Positions 8,401 through 16,801 of a stretch of DNA of 64,000 nucleotides are shown here, piece by piece; positions within the stretch are counted from its first letter, which is position 1, and each line of letters starts with the position of its first letter. The stretch covers positions 137,212-201,211 of the forward strand of contig JBDRHA010000007.1 of NCBI GenBank assembly GCA_043817235.1, read 5' to 3'. The notes under the pieces were generated by a model. It had not been told where the DNA came from, did no database searches, and was given only the letters and a program-made list of their open reading frames with translations. The translations under genes and the position numbers were made by a program. The stretch is from Candidatus Shapirobacteria bacterium (GTDB taxonomy: Bacteria; Patescibacteriota; Microgenomatia; UBA12405; BS750m-G30).

Positions 8401-9986
8401 CAGCCGGAACTTACCAAGTTTCTGCTTTTTTCCCGCCTTCGGCCACTGTTGCTGGCCAGGAAGTTTCCTACCTTAATCCCGGACCACAGGAGGCGACTAT
8501 TGATTCTTCTTCTCCGGCGACGGCTAATTTTACTTTTGGTTCATCTGACGCAACAATTACCGGCAAGATTACTCTTGATGGGGTAGCCCAAGGTGCTTTT
8601 ATCGCCGCTTACTCTGACCAAGGTGGATATAGCGAGACCACCAGCCTTAACGGCAATTATTCTCTTAATGCTACTAGTAGCGACAAGTGGTATATGCGGG
8701 CGATTTATGAGATAGGCAATTCGGTTTATTTTTCGGAATTAATGGAAGTTGTCATGGGCGGAGCAAGTTCTTTGACTCAAAACCTAGCCTTATCAGTTGC
8801 TCCCTTTACTATTCCCGATGCAGCTTCTACTACTTTTAACTGTGCTGGCGCGAAAAAAATTACTCTTTCTAATGGAGCAGAAATTTCTATTCCGGCTAAT
8901 GCTATTAAGCCTTCTTCGGTTTCTGCTTGTAATTCTAATGATAGTTCTAGTAATATCACGGTAACGGTTAGCCCTACGGCTCAAATGTCACTTCAGGACA
9001 AATCAATACCGGTGGGCATAGGGTATGAAATTACGGCTAAAGACAGCAATGGGGCGATAATTTCTGATACTTTTAATTCGAACGTGACAATAACTATTCC
9101 TTATTCTGATAATGAAATTGCAACAGCAATGGGCGGAGCCGTTGATGAGGATTTACTGGGCAATGGCTATTGGGATACGGCCACTTCGGCTTGGCGAACA
9201 GTAGATAATCAGGTTTTAGATACCACAAATAATACGTTAACTGTTTCTACTAACCACTTTACCCTTTTTGGAGTTTTGGCTGCTGCCGATCCTTCAGCAA
9301 CAAGTGGGGCCTCCAGTGTTTCTGCTGGAGTAGCATCAGGCACTACTTCCAGTGGGGGAACTTCTAAGCCGATGGCACCTAAAGATGTAGGAAGTATTAT
9401 TGAGGGCGGATTAAGTCAGGTAATTTTAATGATTCCTGCCCGAGCTTTAGAGTGGGATGCGGACTTTGAAATTAGCATGCAGGAATATGATTTTGTTTAC
9501 CCCAAATTTCCTTTGTGGATTGCTACCGGTCCCTTTAAAATAAAGATGAAGTCTTGGTGGAATTCGGCTGAATTTGGTGAATTTCTTGAGCCAGTTACCC
9601 TGGTTATTCGTTATGACCCTAACTCTTTAGGAGCAATACCGGAAAAATCTTTGCGGCTGAATTATTATGATTTCGCTTCATCCCATTGGCGGCCAATTAA
9701 TTCTCTTTTAATTTCCGATCGGAATGAAGTAGCGGCGGTAATTAATGATTTAAAAGGAACTTATGCGTTAATCGGGGGCTTTGGATATCAGGGAAGTTAT
9801 TCATATACTGAACAAACAGTAACGGCCGAAAGCAGCTCTGAAGAAATCGGTTTGAGTGAGGAAATTCTTCCGCAAAAAGAGATTATTAGCGAGCAAAAAC
9901 ATCCTAGTGCAATGCCCGAGCCAGCCCCTGTTAAAGAGAGCTGGTTTAAACAACTAATTAATAAAATATTTTCTTTCATCAAATAA
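5433..9986 (+). CDS. very large secreted/surface protein with repeated CarboxypepD_reg/Cna-B-like beta-sandwich domains
   Basis: The N-terminus MMKHFFAGLIFFIFSLFLFPSFVQA is a signal peptide. At least 6 repeats follow of the type ISGRITNIAGDPVNGASVRAF...DSDGDYSL and VSGTVYTPDGDPLSGVFVSL...GADGTYSLTLPAGTYQVSAF. There is a Gly-rich linker GGPGGGPMGGGG and Ser/Thr-rich tracts near the C-terminus. The ATG at 5433 is in frame with the track TTG at 5406. Confidence 0.8.
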   Translation: MMKHFFAGLIFFIFSLFLFPSFVQATDITFTSFTASSYELGEEGVTYTYTFTIPQTLPTSGSISIQLVPQRSGTDGAEANFCDATLAAFTDDGDDLSGSATVRAFSSGPGVCSGQGIVVEGDPSFSQELAAGSVIAASFANVTNPSLEGTAYHSIVDNYINQTDSDAVSWTAFGDPLLKITVVEPDGTTPVALANVWIHNTYYTKSASLSTHGGGNAYFYANDFWVPSGIASDDTYSIHVEAPTGSGSTNANVVTGVAVASGEINNDYFADGAEGPIRLSKPLMTGTMVVPAGCTNCVAAEGDAITDVDIDVRDASYNPSNFSHTRVNDSGVFTIGGLSGSETGTTYVVEFHSPYDMSNYKGLIPPAVIEELVVYDTDGDGITNYVKYDSNGDDVLEQTNFVDLPIALGNFPFRLASKTISGRITNIAGDPVNGASVRAFKMMNPEMVQTTTDSDGDYSLLVGGGSWMFMPELDMHTNFDDDADNDVSAEWVYCGMGKSATFENDTSTETSTGNNFTVKTASVTIIGAVKDPSGNPFTGGNGGVSIFSKNGCGSNSAIDPMDGTFSVGVPPGTYEVSVHTWQQDYSAPASTVVTATSGTVNVGSLQLSTKQARISGRLWADANENGTYDSGEGVGNVRVEAFKAAKKFDEFSGGPGGGPMGGGGDWSSTTSSNDTDTKGNFELNVTKGTWVVNVMADPGMMGGYSTNSVDYIYTGAPTQVQLSSDTSQSTGNNFELGIADATINGRVVNSETDVGIGGVYGYAFAEPAGTYGQSAMMGMGMGAMISNSAFTIKVPAGDYRIGVDFPPETSGYTPASTATVTAVSGETVTVDVPVTPNNATVRIQFKDSAGSLVTDLAHAEVFMDNGAGGHQWRIFSQSELTTGKVDIQTAAGVWNIGYYISPTETDYMSQAVNDNKVTAMANETVSKDITLQVANSTVSGTVYTPDGDPLSGVFVSLDSRKASTFNPVSGPIFMSGDVTGADGTYSLTLPAGTYQVSAFFPPSATVAGQEVSYLNPGPQEATIDSSSPATANFTFGSSDATITGKITLDGVAQGAFIAAYSDQGGYSETTSLNGNYSLNATSSDKWYMRAIYEIGNSVYFSELMEVVMGGASSLTQNLALSVAPFTIPDAASTTFNCAGAKKITLSNGAEISIPANAIKPSSVSACNSNDSSSNITVTVSPTAQMSLQDKSIPVGIGYEITAKDSNGAIISDTFNSNVTITIPYSDNEIATAMGGAVDEDLLGNGYWDTATSAWRTVDNQVLDTTNNTLTVSTNHFTLFGVLAAADPSATSGASSVSAGVASGTTSSGGTSKPMAPKDVGSIIEGGLSQVILMIPARALEWDADFEISMQEYDFVYPKFPLWIATGPFKIKMKSWWNSAEFGEFLEPVTLVIRYDPNSLGAIPEKSLRLNYYDFASSHWRPINSLLISDRNEVAAVINDLKGTYALIGGFGYQGSYSYTEQTVTAESSSEEIGLSEEILPQKEIISEQKHPSAMPEPAPVKESWFKQLINKIFSFIK

Positions 9987-9996
9987 GCGCTTCGCC

Positions 9997-10025
9997 TTGA
10001 AAGACTTTGGGGCGGTGGTTATAAT
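9997..10025 (+). promoter_or_regulatory. sigma70-like promoter (-35 TTGAAA, 17-bp spacer, -10 TATAAT) giving a leaderless or near-leaderless transcript of the downstream gene
   Basis: TTGAAA at 9997-10002 and TATAAT at 10020-10025 are separated by exactly 17 nt. The ATG lies at 10034. Confidence 0.45.
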
Positions 10026-10033
10026 TAGGCCTT

Positions 10034-11269
10034 ATGAGAAAAGCCTTAACATATTTTTTCTTTTTTCAATTATTGCTGGCCATCGGCTGGAGTTTGGGAA
10101 ATAGCATTTTGCCCTTGGGCCCAAGCACATATTTGGGCAGAGGAAATGAAGAGCTAAAAAAGCTTTCTTTTTTTTGGTCAAGAGCCAACTTCGACGGTTT
10201 GCACTATTTGGGAATTTCTCGCTGGGGCTATGGGCATCTTCAGCAGGCCTTTTTCCCTTTTTTCCCTAAACTAATTTCGCTTTTTCACAAACTAGTTTCC
10301 AACTATCTTCTTTCAGGAATTTTTATTTCTAATTTATTTCTTCTTCTTTGCTTTTGGCTTTTTCCTAAGTTATTGGCCCAAGGAAATATTAAGGGGAAGA
10401 TAATAGAAGAAAGCACTTTATTTTATTTTTTCTTTCCGACGGCCTTTTTCTTTGGCAGTGTTTATACTGAGTCTCTTTTTTTGTTTTTGGTTTTATTAAC
10501 TTTTTATCTAGCTAAAAAGGGAAAATTTTTAGGGGCGGGAATTGCGGCCGGATTAGCTTCTTACACCCGGCTGGTCGGAATTTTCCTTTTGCCGGCCCTG
10601 CTTTTAGAATATTATGAACAGTTTTCTAAAAGAAGAATGAAAGAAAGAATAGCGGCTTTAAAAGAGCGGATAACCAGTTACAGAAAAAGCGGGTTTGCTT
10701 ATCTAATTAAATCACGCGCCAGACATTTTAAATTCTTGGCGTTTATCCTTTTTTCCGCTTCCGGATTGCTTTTTTATATGAATTATTTATTAAAAACAAC
10801 AGGAAGCGCGTTGTTTTTTTTAGAAGTTCAAGCTGGCTTTGGAGCTCAGCGCTCGGTAACCAAATTAATTTTACTTTATCAGGTTTTTTGGCGGTATCTA
10901 AAAATGATTTTCACGGTTGCTCCTTATCAGTGGATTTATTTTAATGTTTGGTTTGAATTTATTATCGCTTTAATTTTTTTATTTCTTTTGCTTTGGGGCT
11001 GGTACAAAAGAAGAGAATACAAGATAAAAAGCTCCTGGCTTTTATTTGCTTCTCTTTCCTGCCTTCTTCCTAGCCTTACCGGTACTTTTTCTTCTTTGCC
11101 ACGGTATGTTTTGGTTTGTTTTCCTTGTTTTATTGTCCTGGCTCATTTATCTTGTGATCTGGCTAAAAAGCATCGTCTCTCTTGGCTGCCAAAAGCATAT
11201 TGGATTTTAAATCTTCTTCTCTTTATTTTTATTTGTGCCTTTTTCTTCAGAGGCTTTTGGGTTGCTTAA
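10034..11269 (+). CDS. polytopic membrane protein, putative GT-C glycosyltransferase (PIG-V/mannosyltransferase-like)
   Basis: There are about 9 TM helices. The SRANFDGLHYLGISRWGYGH motif resembles the lumenal loop of mannosyltransferase/GT-C families. It sits immediately downstream of the giant surface protein gene. Confidence 0.5.
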   Translation: MRKALTYFFFFQLLLAIGWSLGNSILPLGPSTYLGRGNEELKKLSFFWSRANFDGLHYLGISRWGYGHLQQAFFPFFPKLISLFHKLVSNYLLSGIFISNLFLLLCFWLFPKLLAQGNIKGKIIEESTLFYFFFPTAFFFGSVYTESLFLFLVLLTFYLAKKGKFLGAGIAAGLASYTRLVGIFLLPALLLEYYEQFSKRRMKERIAALKERITSYRKSGFAYLIKSRARHFKFLAFILFSASGLLFYMNYLLKTTGSALFFLEVQAGFGAQRSVTKLILLYQVFWRYLKMIFTVAPYQWIYFNVWFEFIIALIFLFLLLWGWYKRREYKIKSSWLLFASLSCLLPSLTGTFSSLPRYVLVCFPCFIVLAHLSCDLAKKHRLSWLPKAYWILNLLLFIFICAFFFRGFWVA

Positions 11270-11277
11270 AACGCACA

Positions 11278-11799
11278 ATGATTAACTTTAAAAGCAAAAT
11301 CAGAAACATCCCTGACTTTCCGGAAAAAGGAATCGTGTTTCGGGATATTTGCCCTTTACTGGAAGACAAAGTTATTTTTAAGGCGGCGGTTGATGAACTG
11401 GTAAGGAGAATTGGCAAAAATAAAATAGATAAAGTAATCGGAATTGATGCGCGGGGTTTTATTTTAGCGGGAGTATTAGCTCATCGCTTAAAAGCGGGCC
11501 TAGTTTTAGTTAGGAAAAAGGGGAAATTGCCCTATAAAACCGTAGAAGAGGAATATAATTTAGAATACGGAAAGGCCGCTTTAGCCATTCACCAGGATTC
11601 CATTAAAAAGGGAGAAAGAGTGCTTTTGGCTGATGATGTTTTAGCTACCGGAGGGACAATGAGGGCAGCTGCCAGTTTAGTAGAGAAATTAGGCGGAAAG
11701 ATTGCAATGATTGTTTTTCTTACTATTTTGGATTATCTTCCAGGTCAGAAAATTTTAGCTGATTACAAATTGATTTCTTTGGTTAATTACCGGAAATGA
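11278..11799 (+). CDS. apt: adenine phosphoribosyltransferase
   Basis: Contains IPDFPEKGIVFRDI...VIGIDARGFILAG...VLLADDVLATGGTMRAA, the PRTase type I PRPP-binding motif. The ATG at 11278 is in frame with the track ORF. Confidence 0.85.
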   Translation: MINFKSKIRNIPDFPEKGIVFRDICPLLEDKVIFKAAVDELVRRIGKNKIDKVIGIDARGFILAGVLAHRLKAGLVLVRKKGKLPYKTVEEEYNLEYGKAALAIHQDSIKKGERVLLADDVLATGGTMRAAASLVEKLGGKIAMIVFLTILDYLPGQKILADYKLISLVNYRK

Positions 11800-12593
11800 A
11801 GGCCGAAATTGGAATTATTGGCGGGTCCGGATTTTATGATTTAGCCACTTCCTTACGGGAAATTAGAATAGAAACGCCTTACGGACCTCATTCTGGAAAA
11901 ATTGCTTTAGGTAAAATTAGCGGGCGGACTGTTGCTTTTTTGCCTCGGCATGGCAGGGAGCATGTTATTCCTCCTCATAAAATAAATTACCGGGCCAATA
12001 TCTGGGCTTTAAAATCTCTGGGAGTAAGTAGGATTTTGACATTTCATGCGGTGGGCTCTTTGCAAAAAGAAATAAAGCCTGGGGATTTTATTGTTTTAGA
12101 TCAGTTTATTGACCGAACTAAGGGAAGAATTGATACTTTTTACGATGGGCCGGCAGTTACTCATATTTCAAGCGCTTTTCCTTACTGCCCTCAACTAAGA
12201 AAATTAGCGATCAAAAAGTCACTGGATTTAAAGATTCCAGCTCATGATAAGGGGACTGTTGTGGTTATTCAGGGTCCACGTTTTTCTTCGACCGCCGAAT
12301 CTGCCTGGTTTACACGGATGGGCTGGCATGCGGTAAATATGACTGAATACCCGGAAGTGGCTTTGGCCAAAGAGCAGGAGATTTGTTACTGTGCGGTAGC
12401 TATGGCCACCGATTATGATGCCGGCTTAGTAGCCCGGGAGACAGTTAAGCCAGCTTCGGTTAAAGAAATAGTTGCTATTTTTAAAAAGAATTTAGGATCA
12501 GCGAAAACTTTAATGATGTCCATGGTCAAAAATTGGCCCAAAAAGGCAAGCTGTGATTGTCAGCATTCTTTGTCTGGGGCCCAGTTTAACTAA
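11796..12593 (+). CDS. mtnP: S-methyl-5'-thioadenosine / purine nucleoside phosphorylase (PNP_UDP_1 family, MTAP-like)
   Basis: Contains IGIIGGSGFYDL...FLPRHGREHVIPPHKINYRANIWALKSLG...VNMTEYPEVALAKEQEICYCAVAMATDYD, which matches MTAP conserved blocks. Confidence 0.75.
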   Translation: MKAEIGIIGGSGFYDLATSLREIRIETPYGPHSGKIALGKISGRTVAFLPRHGREHVIPPHKINYRANIWALKSLGVSRILTFHAVGSLQKEIKPGDFIVLDQFIDRTKGRIDTFYDGPAVTHISSAFPYCPQLRKLAIKKSLDLKIPAHDKGTVVVIQGPRFSSTAESAWFTRMGWHAVNMTEYPEVALAKEQEICYCAVAMATDYDAGLVARETVKPASVKEIVAIFKKNLGSAKTLMMSMVKNWPKKASCDCQHSLSGAQFN

Positions 12594-12600
12594 ACTTCCG

Positions 12601-13872
12601 ATGGAATTTATTAAAAAGTGTTTTTCAAAATTGACTAAAAGCCAGCTGATTGCTGGAAGTGCAGTTTTATTTATCAGCGCGATGGTGGGCAATATTAGCA
12701 ATTACCTTTATCATCTTTTAATGGGTCGTTTTTTAGGGCCGGAAAACTATGGTTTATTGACATCCCTAATTTCTTTAACCTATTTATTTGGGATACCTTT
12801 GGCCGCCCTTAACTTAGTCGTAGTTAAGCACACTTCTGGTTTATGGGCGAGGAAGAAGTTGAGCTCGATAGCCTTTTTCCATTCTTGGTTAAATAAAAAA
12901 GCAACTATTTTTGTTTGGCTGGGGCTGGTGGTTTTACTTCTGGCCTCTCCTAAGATTGCTCTCTTTCTTCATTTAAAATCAATTTCTTTGGTTTGGCTGA
13001 TGGGGGCTTGTAGCTTAATAGGGGTCTATTCAACAATTAGTGGGGCAACTTTGCAAGGGCTTTTAAAGTTTAATTTGATGGCCGTTTCTAGTATTATTTC
13101 GGTTATTTTAAAGTTGGGCTTGTCGGTTTTATTGGTCTTGGTGGGCCTAGGGATTTGGGGAGCGGTTTTGCCATTTTTAATAACCTCTTTAATCGGACTT
13201 TTTTTACTTAGACTTTTTATTGGTCAGCTGCTAGTTAATAAAAAAGAGGAGGCAAAGAAGATTTTTGAGACTAAAGAGCTTCTCGCCTATACTTGGCCGG
13301 TTTTGCTGTCTACCCTGGCCTTTACTTCTCTTTATACCACTGATTTTCTTTTAGCTAGGCATTTTTTATCAGCGCAAATGGCTGGTTATTATGCCAGTTT
13401 GGCCACCCTGGGAAAAATTGTCTTTTTTGCTTCCAGCCCGATTGTGATGGCAATGTTTCCTTTGATTTCTGCGCGTCATGAGGGCGGTCAAGATTCTCGC
13501 CAAACATTAAATTTAAGCTTAGCCTTAGTTTTGTTCGCCTCTTTGGGAATTACTGCTTTTTATTTTCTTTTTCCTCAATTTATGATTAAGACTCTTTACG
13601 GAGCTGATTATTTAGTTGCTGCCCCTTATTTAGTTTATTTTTCTATCTTTTTAAGTTTTTATGCTCTGGTTAATGTTTTGGTTAATTACTATTTATCAAT
13701 TAAAAAAGTAAAAATTGTTTTTTTCCCTGTTCTGGCTGCCTTAATTCAGATTTTACTAATCCTTGTTTTTCACCAGGATATTCTTCAAATAGTTTTGGCC
13801 TCGATTGTCGTTTTGGGATTGTTATTGATTGTTCTTTTGGGGTATCATTTTCGGGAAAATGGAAAAAAATAA
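12601..13872 (+). CDS. oligosaccharide/polysaccharide flippase (Wzx-like, MOP superfamily)
   Basis: About 12 TM helices. The N-terminus LIAGSAVLFISAMVGNISNYLYHLLMGRFLGPENYGLLTSL is typical of the polysaccharide biosynthesis protein family. Confidence 0.7.
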   Translation: MEFIKKCFSKLTKSQLIAGSAVLFISAMVGNISNYLYHLLMGRFLGPENYGLLTSLISLTYLFGIPLAALNLVVVKHTSGLWARKKLSSIAFFHSWLNKKATIFVWLGLVVLLLASPKIALFLHLKSISLVWLMGACSLIGVYSTISGATLQGLLKFNLMAVSSIISVILKLGLSVLLVLVGLGIWGAVLPFLITSLIGLFLLRLFIGQLLVNKKEEAKKIFETKELLAYTWPVLLSTLAFTSLYTTDFLLARHFLSAQMAGYYASLATLGKIVFFASSPIVMAMFPLISARHEGGQDSRQTLNLSLALVLFASLGITAFYFLFPQFMIKTLYGADYLVAAPYLVYFSIFLSFYALVNVLVNYYLSIKKVKIVFFPVLAALIQILLILVFHQDILQIVLASIVVLGLLLIVLLGYHFRENGKK

Positions 13873-14656
13873 TTATTTACTTTCCGTAATTATTCCAGCC
13901 TATAAACAGGAAAAAACTATTGTTAAAGATTTAAAAAGAATAGTTGGAGTATTGGAAAAGATTCGTTATCAGCATGAAGTAATTGTGGTGGTGGATGGGG
14001 AATTAGATAATACTTACCAAAAACTCAAGAAAGCCAATCTTCTTAAGGTGAAAGTGGTGGGCTATAAAAACAATAAAGGCAAGGGTCACGCTGTTCGCTT
14101 TGGGATGGCCCGGGCTAAAGGAGACCCTATTGCATTTATTGATGCGGGTATGGAAATTGATCCAAATGGAATTTCGATGGTGTTAGAGCACATGGAATGG
14201 TATAGGGCAGATGCGATTGTTGGCTCAAAAAGGCATCCTGCTTCCCAGATTAGTTATCCTGCGCACCGTCGCATTATCAGCTCTATATATCAGCTCTTTG
14301 TTCGGCTGTTTACGGGTTTAAATGTGCGGGATACGCAGGCGGGCTTAAAGGTTTATCGCCGGAAAGTTTTAGAAGACATTTTTCCCAGACTTTTAGTTAA
14401 GCGCTATGCTTTTGATCTGGAGATGTTAGCTGTTGCTCATCGCCTAGGCTATAAAAGGATTTACGAAGCACCAATTAAGCTAAAGTATCATTTTGACGAT
14501 TTAACTCATGCGGCCAACTGGAAAGGTCTTAAAAATACTTTTGTGGATACTTTGGCGATTATTTATCGGCTGCGGATTAAAAAGTATTACGATGATGGAA
14601 ATAAACGCCAGTGGCGGTATGATCCTGATTTAAGCTTTCGGGTGAATATTGGCTAA
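13859..14656 (+). CDS. glycosyltransferase family 2 (dolichol-phosphate sugar synthase-like)
   Basis: Contains LLSVIIPAYKQEKTIVKDL...HEVIVVVDGELDNT...AFIDAGMEIDP. Confidence 0.7.
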   Translation: MEKNNYLLSVIIPAYKQEKTIVKDLKRIVGVLEKIRYQHEVIVVVDGELDNTYQKLKKANLLKVKVVGYKNNKGKGHAVRFGMARAKGDPIAFIDAGMEIDPNGISMVLEHMEWYRADAIVGSKRHPASQISYPAHRRIISSIYQLFVRLFTGLNVRDTQAGLKVYRRKVLEDIFPRLLVKRYAFDLEMLAVAHRLGYKRIYEAPIKLKYHFDDLTHAANWKGLKNTFVDTLAIIYRLRIKKYYDDGNKRQWRYDPDLSFRVNIG

Positions 14657-14658
14657 AA

Positions 14659-15681
14659 ATGACTAAAAAAGCTTTTTTTTCCGTAATAGTTCCAGTTCCG
14701 AAGATCAATGATTATATCAGAAAAGAAATTGTTCCTAGTTTAGAAAAGCAAACTTATAAAAATTTTGAGTTAATTTTAGTTCCGGATACAAAAGATAAAA
14801 AAGAAAACTTCCCTTCGTTTGTAAAAATATATCCTTCCTGGCCTAAATTGGGCCCAGCTGATAAAAAAGACTTAGGAGTAAAAAAGGCCAGAGGAGAAAT
14901 AGTAGCTTTTCTAGACGACGATGCCTATCCAGATAAAGATTGGCTTAAAAATGCTCTTAGGGCCTTAATGCCCTCTGCTGTCGCCGCGGTTTGTGGTCCT
15001 GGAGTTACCCCGCCTCATGATTCGCTTTTAGCGCGAGTTTCCGGCTGGGTCTGGTCTTCTTGGCTGGGAGCAGGAGGAGCGGGAACTTATCGCTGCTGGC
15101 CGGGCAAAAAGCGGAAAGTAGACGATTATCCAACCTTTAATTTAATAGTGAAAAAAAGGGAATTTAAGGGTTCAGGTGGTTTTGATTCCTGTTTTTGGCC
15201 CGGGGAGGATACTTGTCTTTGTCATAATTTGGTTTATAACTTAAAAAAAAAGATAATTTATGATCCTAAAATTTTAGTTTATCACCACCGCCGTAATATC
15301 TTTTTACCCCATCTACGTCAAATCGGGCGTTATGGGTTACACCGGGGTTATTTTGTGAAGGTTTTGCCTAGGACCTCAAGAAGATTGGGATATTTTATTC
15401 CGGCTGCTTTTGCTTTAGGAGTTTTATTAGGGCCTCTAAGTTTGTTTTTCTCTTCTTTGCTCTTTAAAATCTATCTAGCAGTTCTTAGTATATATGCCAT
15501 ACTAACCGCATTAACTTCTCTTTGGGTTTTTAGTAAAAGCAAAAATCTGTTGATTTCTTTGCTGCTTATTCCGACGATTTTTATTAGTCATATCTATTAC
15601 GGCCTTTGTCTTATTATGGGTTTACTTAAAAAAGAGAAAGCAAGTAAATACAAAAAAGAGCTTGGGGAGAATATTACTTAG
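14659..15681 (+). CDS. glycosyltransferase family 2 with C-terminal TM segments
   Basis: Contains FFSVIVPVPKIND...FELILVPDT...IVAFLDDDAYPDKDWL, with 3-4 C-terminal TM helices. Confidence 0.7.
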   Translation: MTKKAFFSVIVPVPKINDYIRKEIVPSLEKQTYKNFELILVPDTKDKKENFPSFVKIYPSWPKLGPADKKDLGVKKARGEIVAFLDDDAYPDKDWLKNALRALMPSAVAAVCGPGVTPPHDSLLARVSGWVWSSWLGAGGAGTYRCWPGKKRKVDDYPTFNLIVKKREFKGSGGFDSCFWPGEDTCLCHNLVYNLKKKIIYDPKILVYHHRRNIFLPHLRQIGRYGLHRGYFVKVLPRTSRRLGYFIPAAFALGVLLGPLSLFFSSLLFKIYLAVLSIYAILTALTSLWVFSKSKNLLISLLLIPTIFISHIYYGLCLIMGLLKKEKASKYKKELGENIT

Positions 15682-16801
15682 TTTTTTGAACATAAAGCTT
15701 ATTTCGGAAAACTAAATAAGGGAAAAGAAGGTAAATAAGACCAATAAGGAGAAAAGCGGATTTGGGAGCGGAAAAAATAGCTAAAGAAGCAATAAAAATT
15801 AAACTGCCGATAATTCGGCCAACGCCCAGCAAAAATTCTCGGCCAATCATACCGTGACCCACACTATTAATTTGATCTAAAACTAAAGTGGTGACAAATG
15901 TTCCATTTATAGTGGAAACCAACCCTAGACATCCTGTTAAAATAGCCCAGGATCTAAGATCTTGAGAAAAGCCCAGGGTCATAATTAAAAGGGCCACCAA
16001 AATAGTGGAAGGATAAAGAATAATAGTTCTTTTTTTGCTTTTATCGGACAAGTGGCCTAAAAGCAGAGTAGTGCCTACTGAAACAAAAGCCAAATAGCTA
16101 AAAAACACTCCATAGGGCAGTGGTTGGTTAATAAAAAGCAAGGTAAAAACAGGAACGGCAGCCAAGCCTACTGCTTCTCTTATCCCCTCAATAATTAAAA
16201 GCAGATTTATTTTTTTAGTTTTGTTTAAACTTTTTTTTAGATTGCAGGCAAAACTTATTTTTGGTAAATTTTTAGTTAAATACGCGGCAATCAGAATAAT
16301 AAAAATTGCTGTTGGGAATACAGCCTGAAGACCCCAAAACTTACCAATAAACCCGACAATTAAAGGAACAGCTATCCCTAAAAAGGGTCCTGCTAAAGTA
16401 AAAATACTGGAGCTAAAGGCTCTTTTGTTTTTAGGAGTGTTATTAAAATAGAGTGTATTATATGTCACATAGAAAAAGACAACCGTTATTCCCGAAGGAA
16501 TGCCAATTAAGAATATTTGCCAGGGGTGAATAAATTTTATGACTCCAAGCATCAAAATAATTTCCGAAGCAAAAGCGATTATAAAACTTTTTGGTGAAGA
16601 GAAACGTTTAATAAAAACTAACAGAATAGAGGGTATAGCGAGTTTGATTAGATAATAGCCGAAAATTTGCTGATAGCTGAAATTATTTTGAGAAAACCAA
16701 AGAGAAAAAAATCCTCGCCCTAGGCTAACGGCCAATAAAAACACCAGAAAAAAGATGTATATTTGAAGAAATATTTTTTTTCTGTCTTGGTTATTCTTCA
16801 T
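15674..16801 (-). CDS. MFS-type transporter (about 12 TM)
   Basis: Hydrophobic throughout, with two 6-helix halves separated by a charged loop (KKSLNKTKK). Confidence 0.55.
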   Translation of the reverse strand: MKNNQDRKKIFLQIYIFFLVFLLAVSLGRGFFSLWFSQNNFSYQQIFGYYLIKLAIPSILLVFIKRFSSPKSFIIAFASEIILMLGVIKFIHPWQIFLIGIPSGITVVFFYVTYNTLYFNNTPKNKRAFSSSIFTLAGPFLGIAVPLIVGFIGKFWGLQAVFPTAIFIILIAAYLTKNLPKISFACNLKKSLNKTKKINLLLIIEGIREAVGLAAVPVFTLLFINQPLPYGVFFSYLAFVSVGTTLLLGHLSDKSKKRTIILYPSTILVALLIMTLGFSQDLRSWAILTGCLGLVSTINGTFVTTLVLDQINSVGHGMIGREFLLGVGRIIGSLIFIASLAIFSAPKSAFLLIGLIYLLFPYLVFRNKLYVQKTK

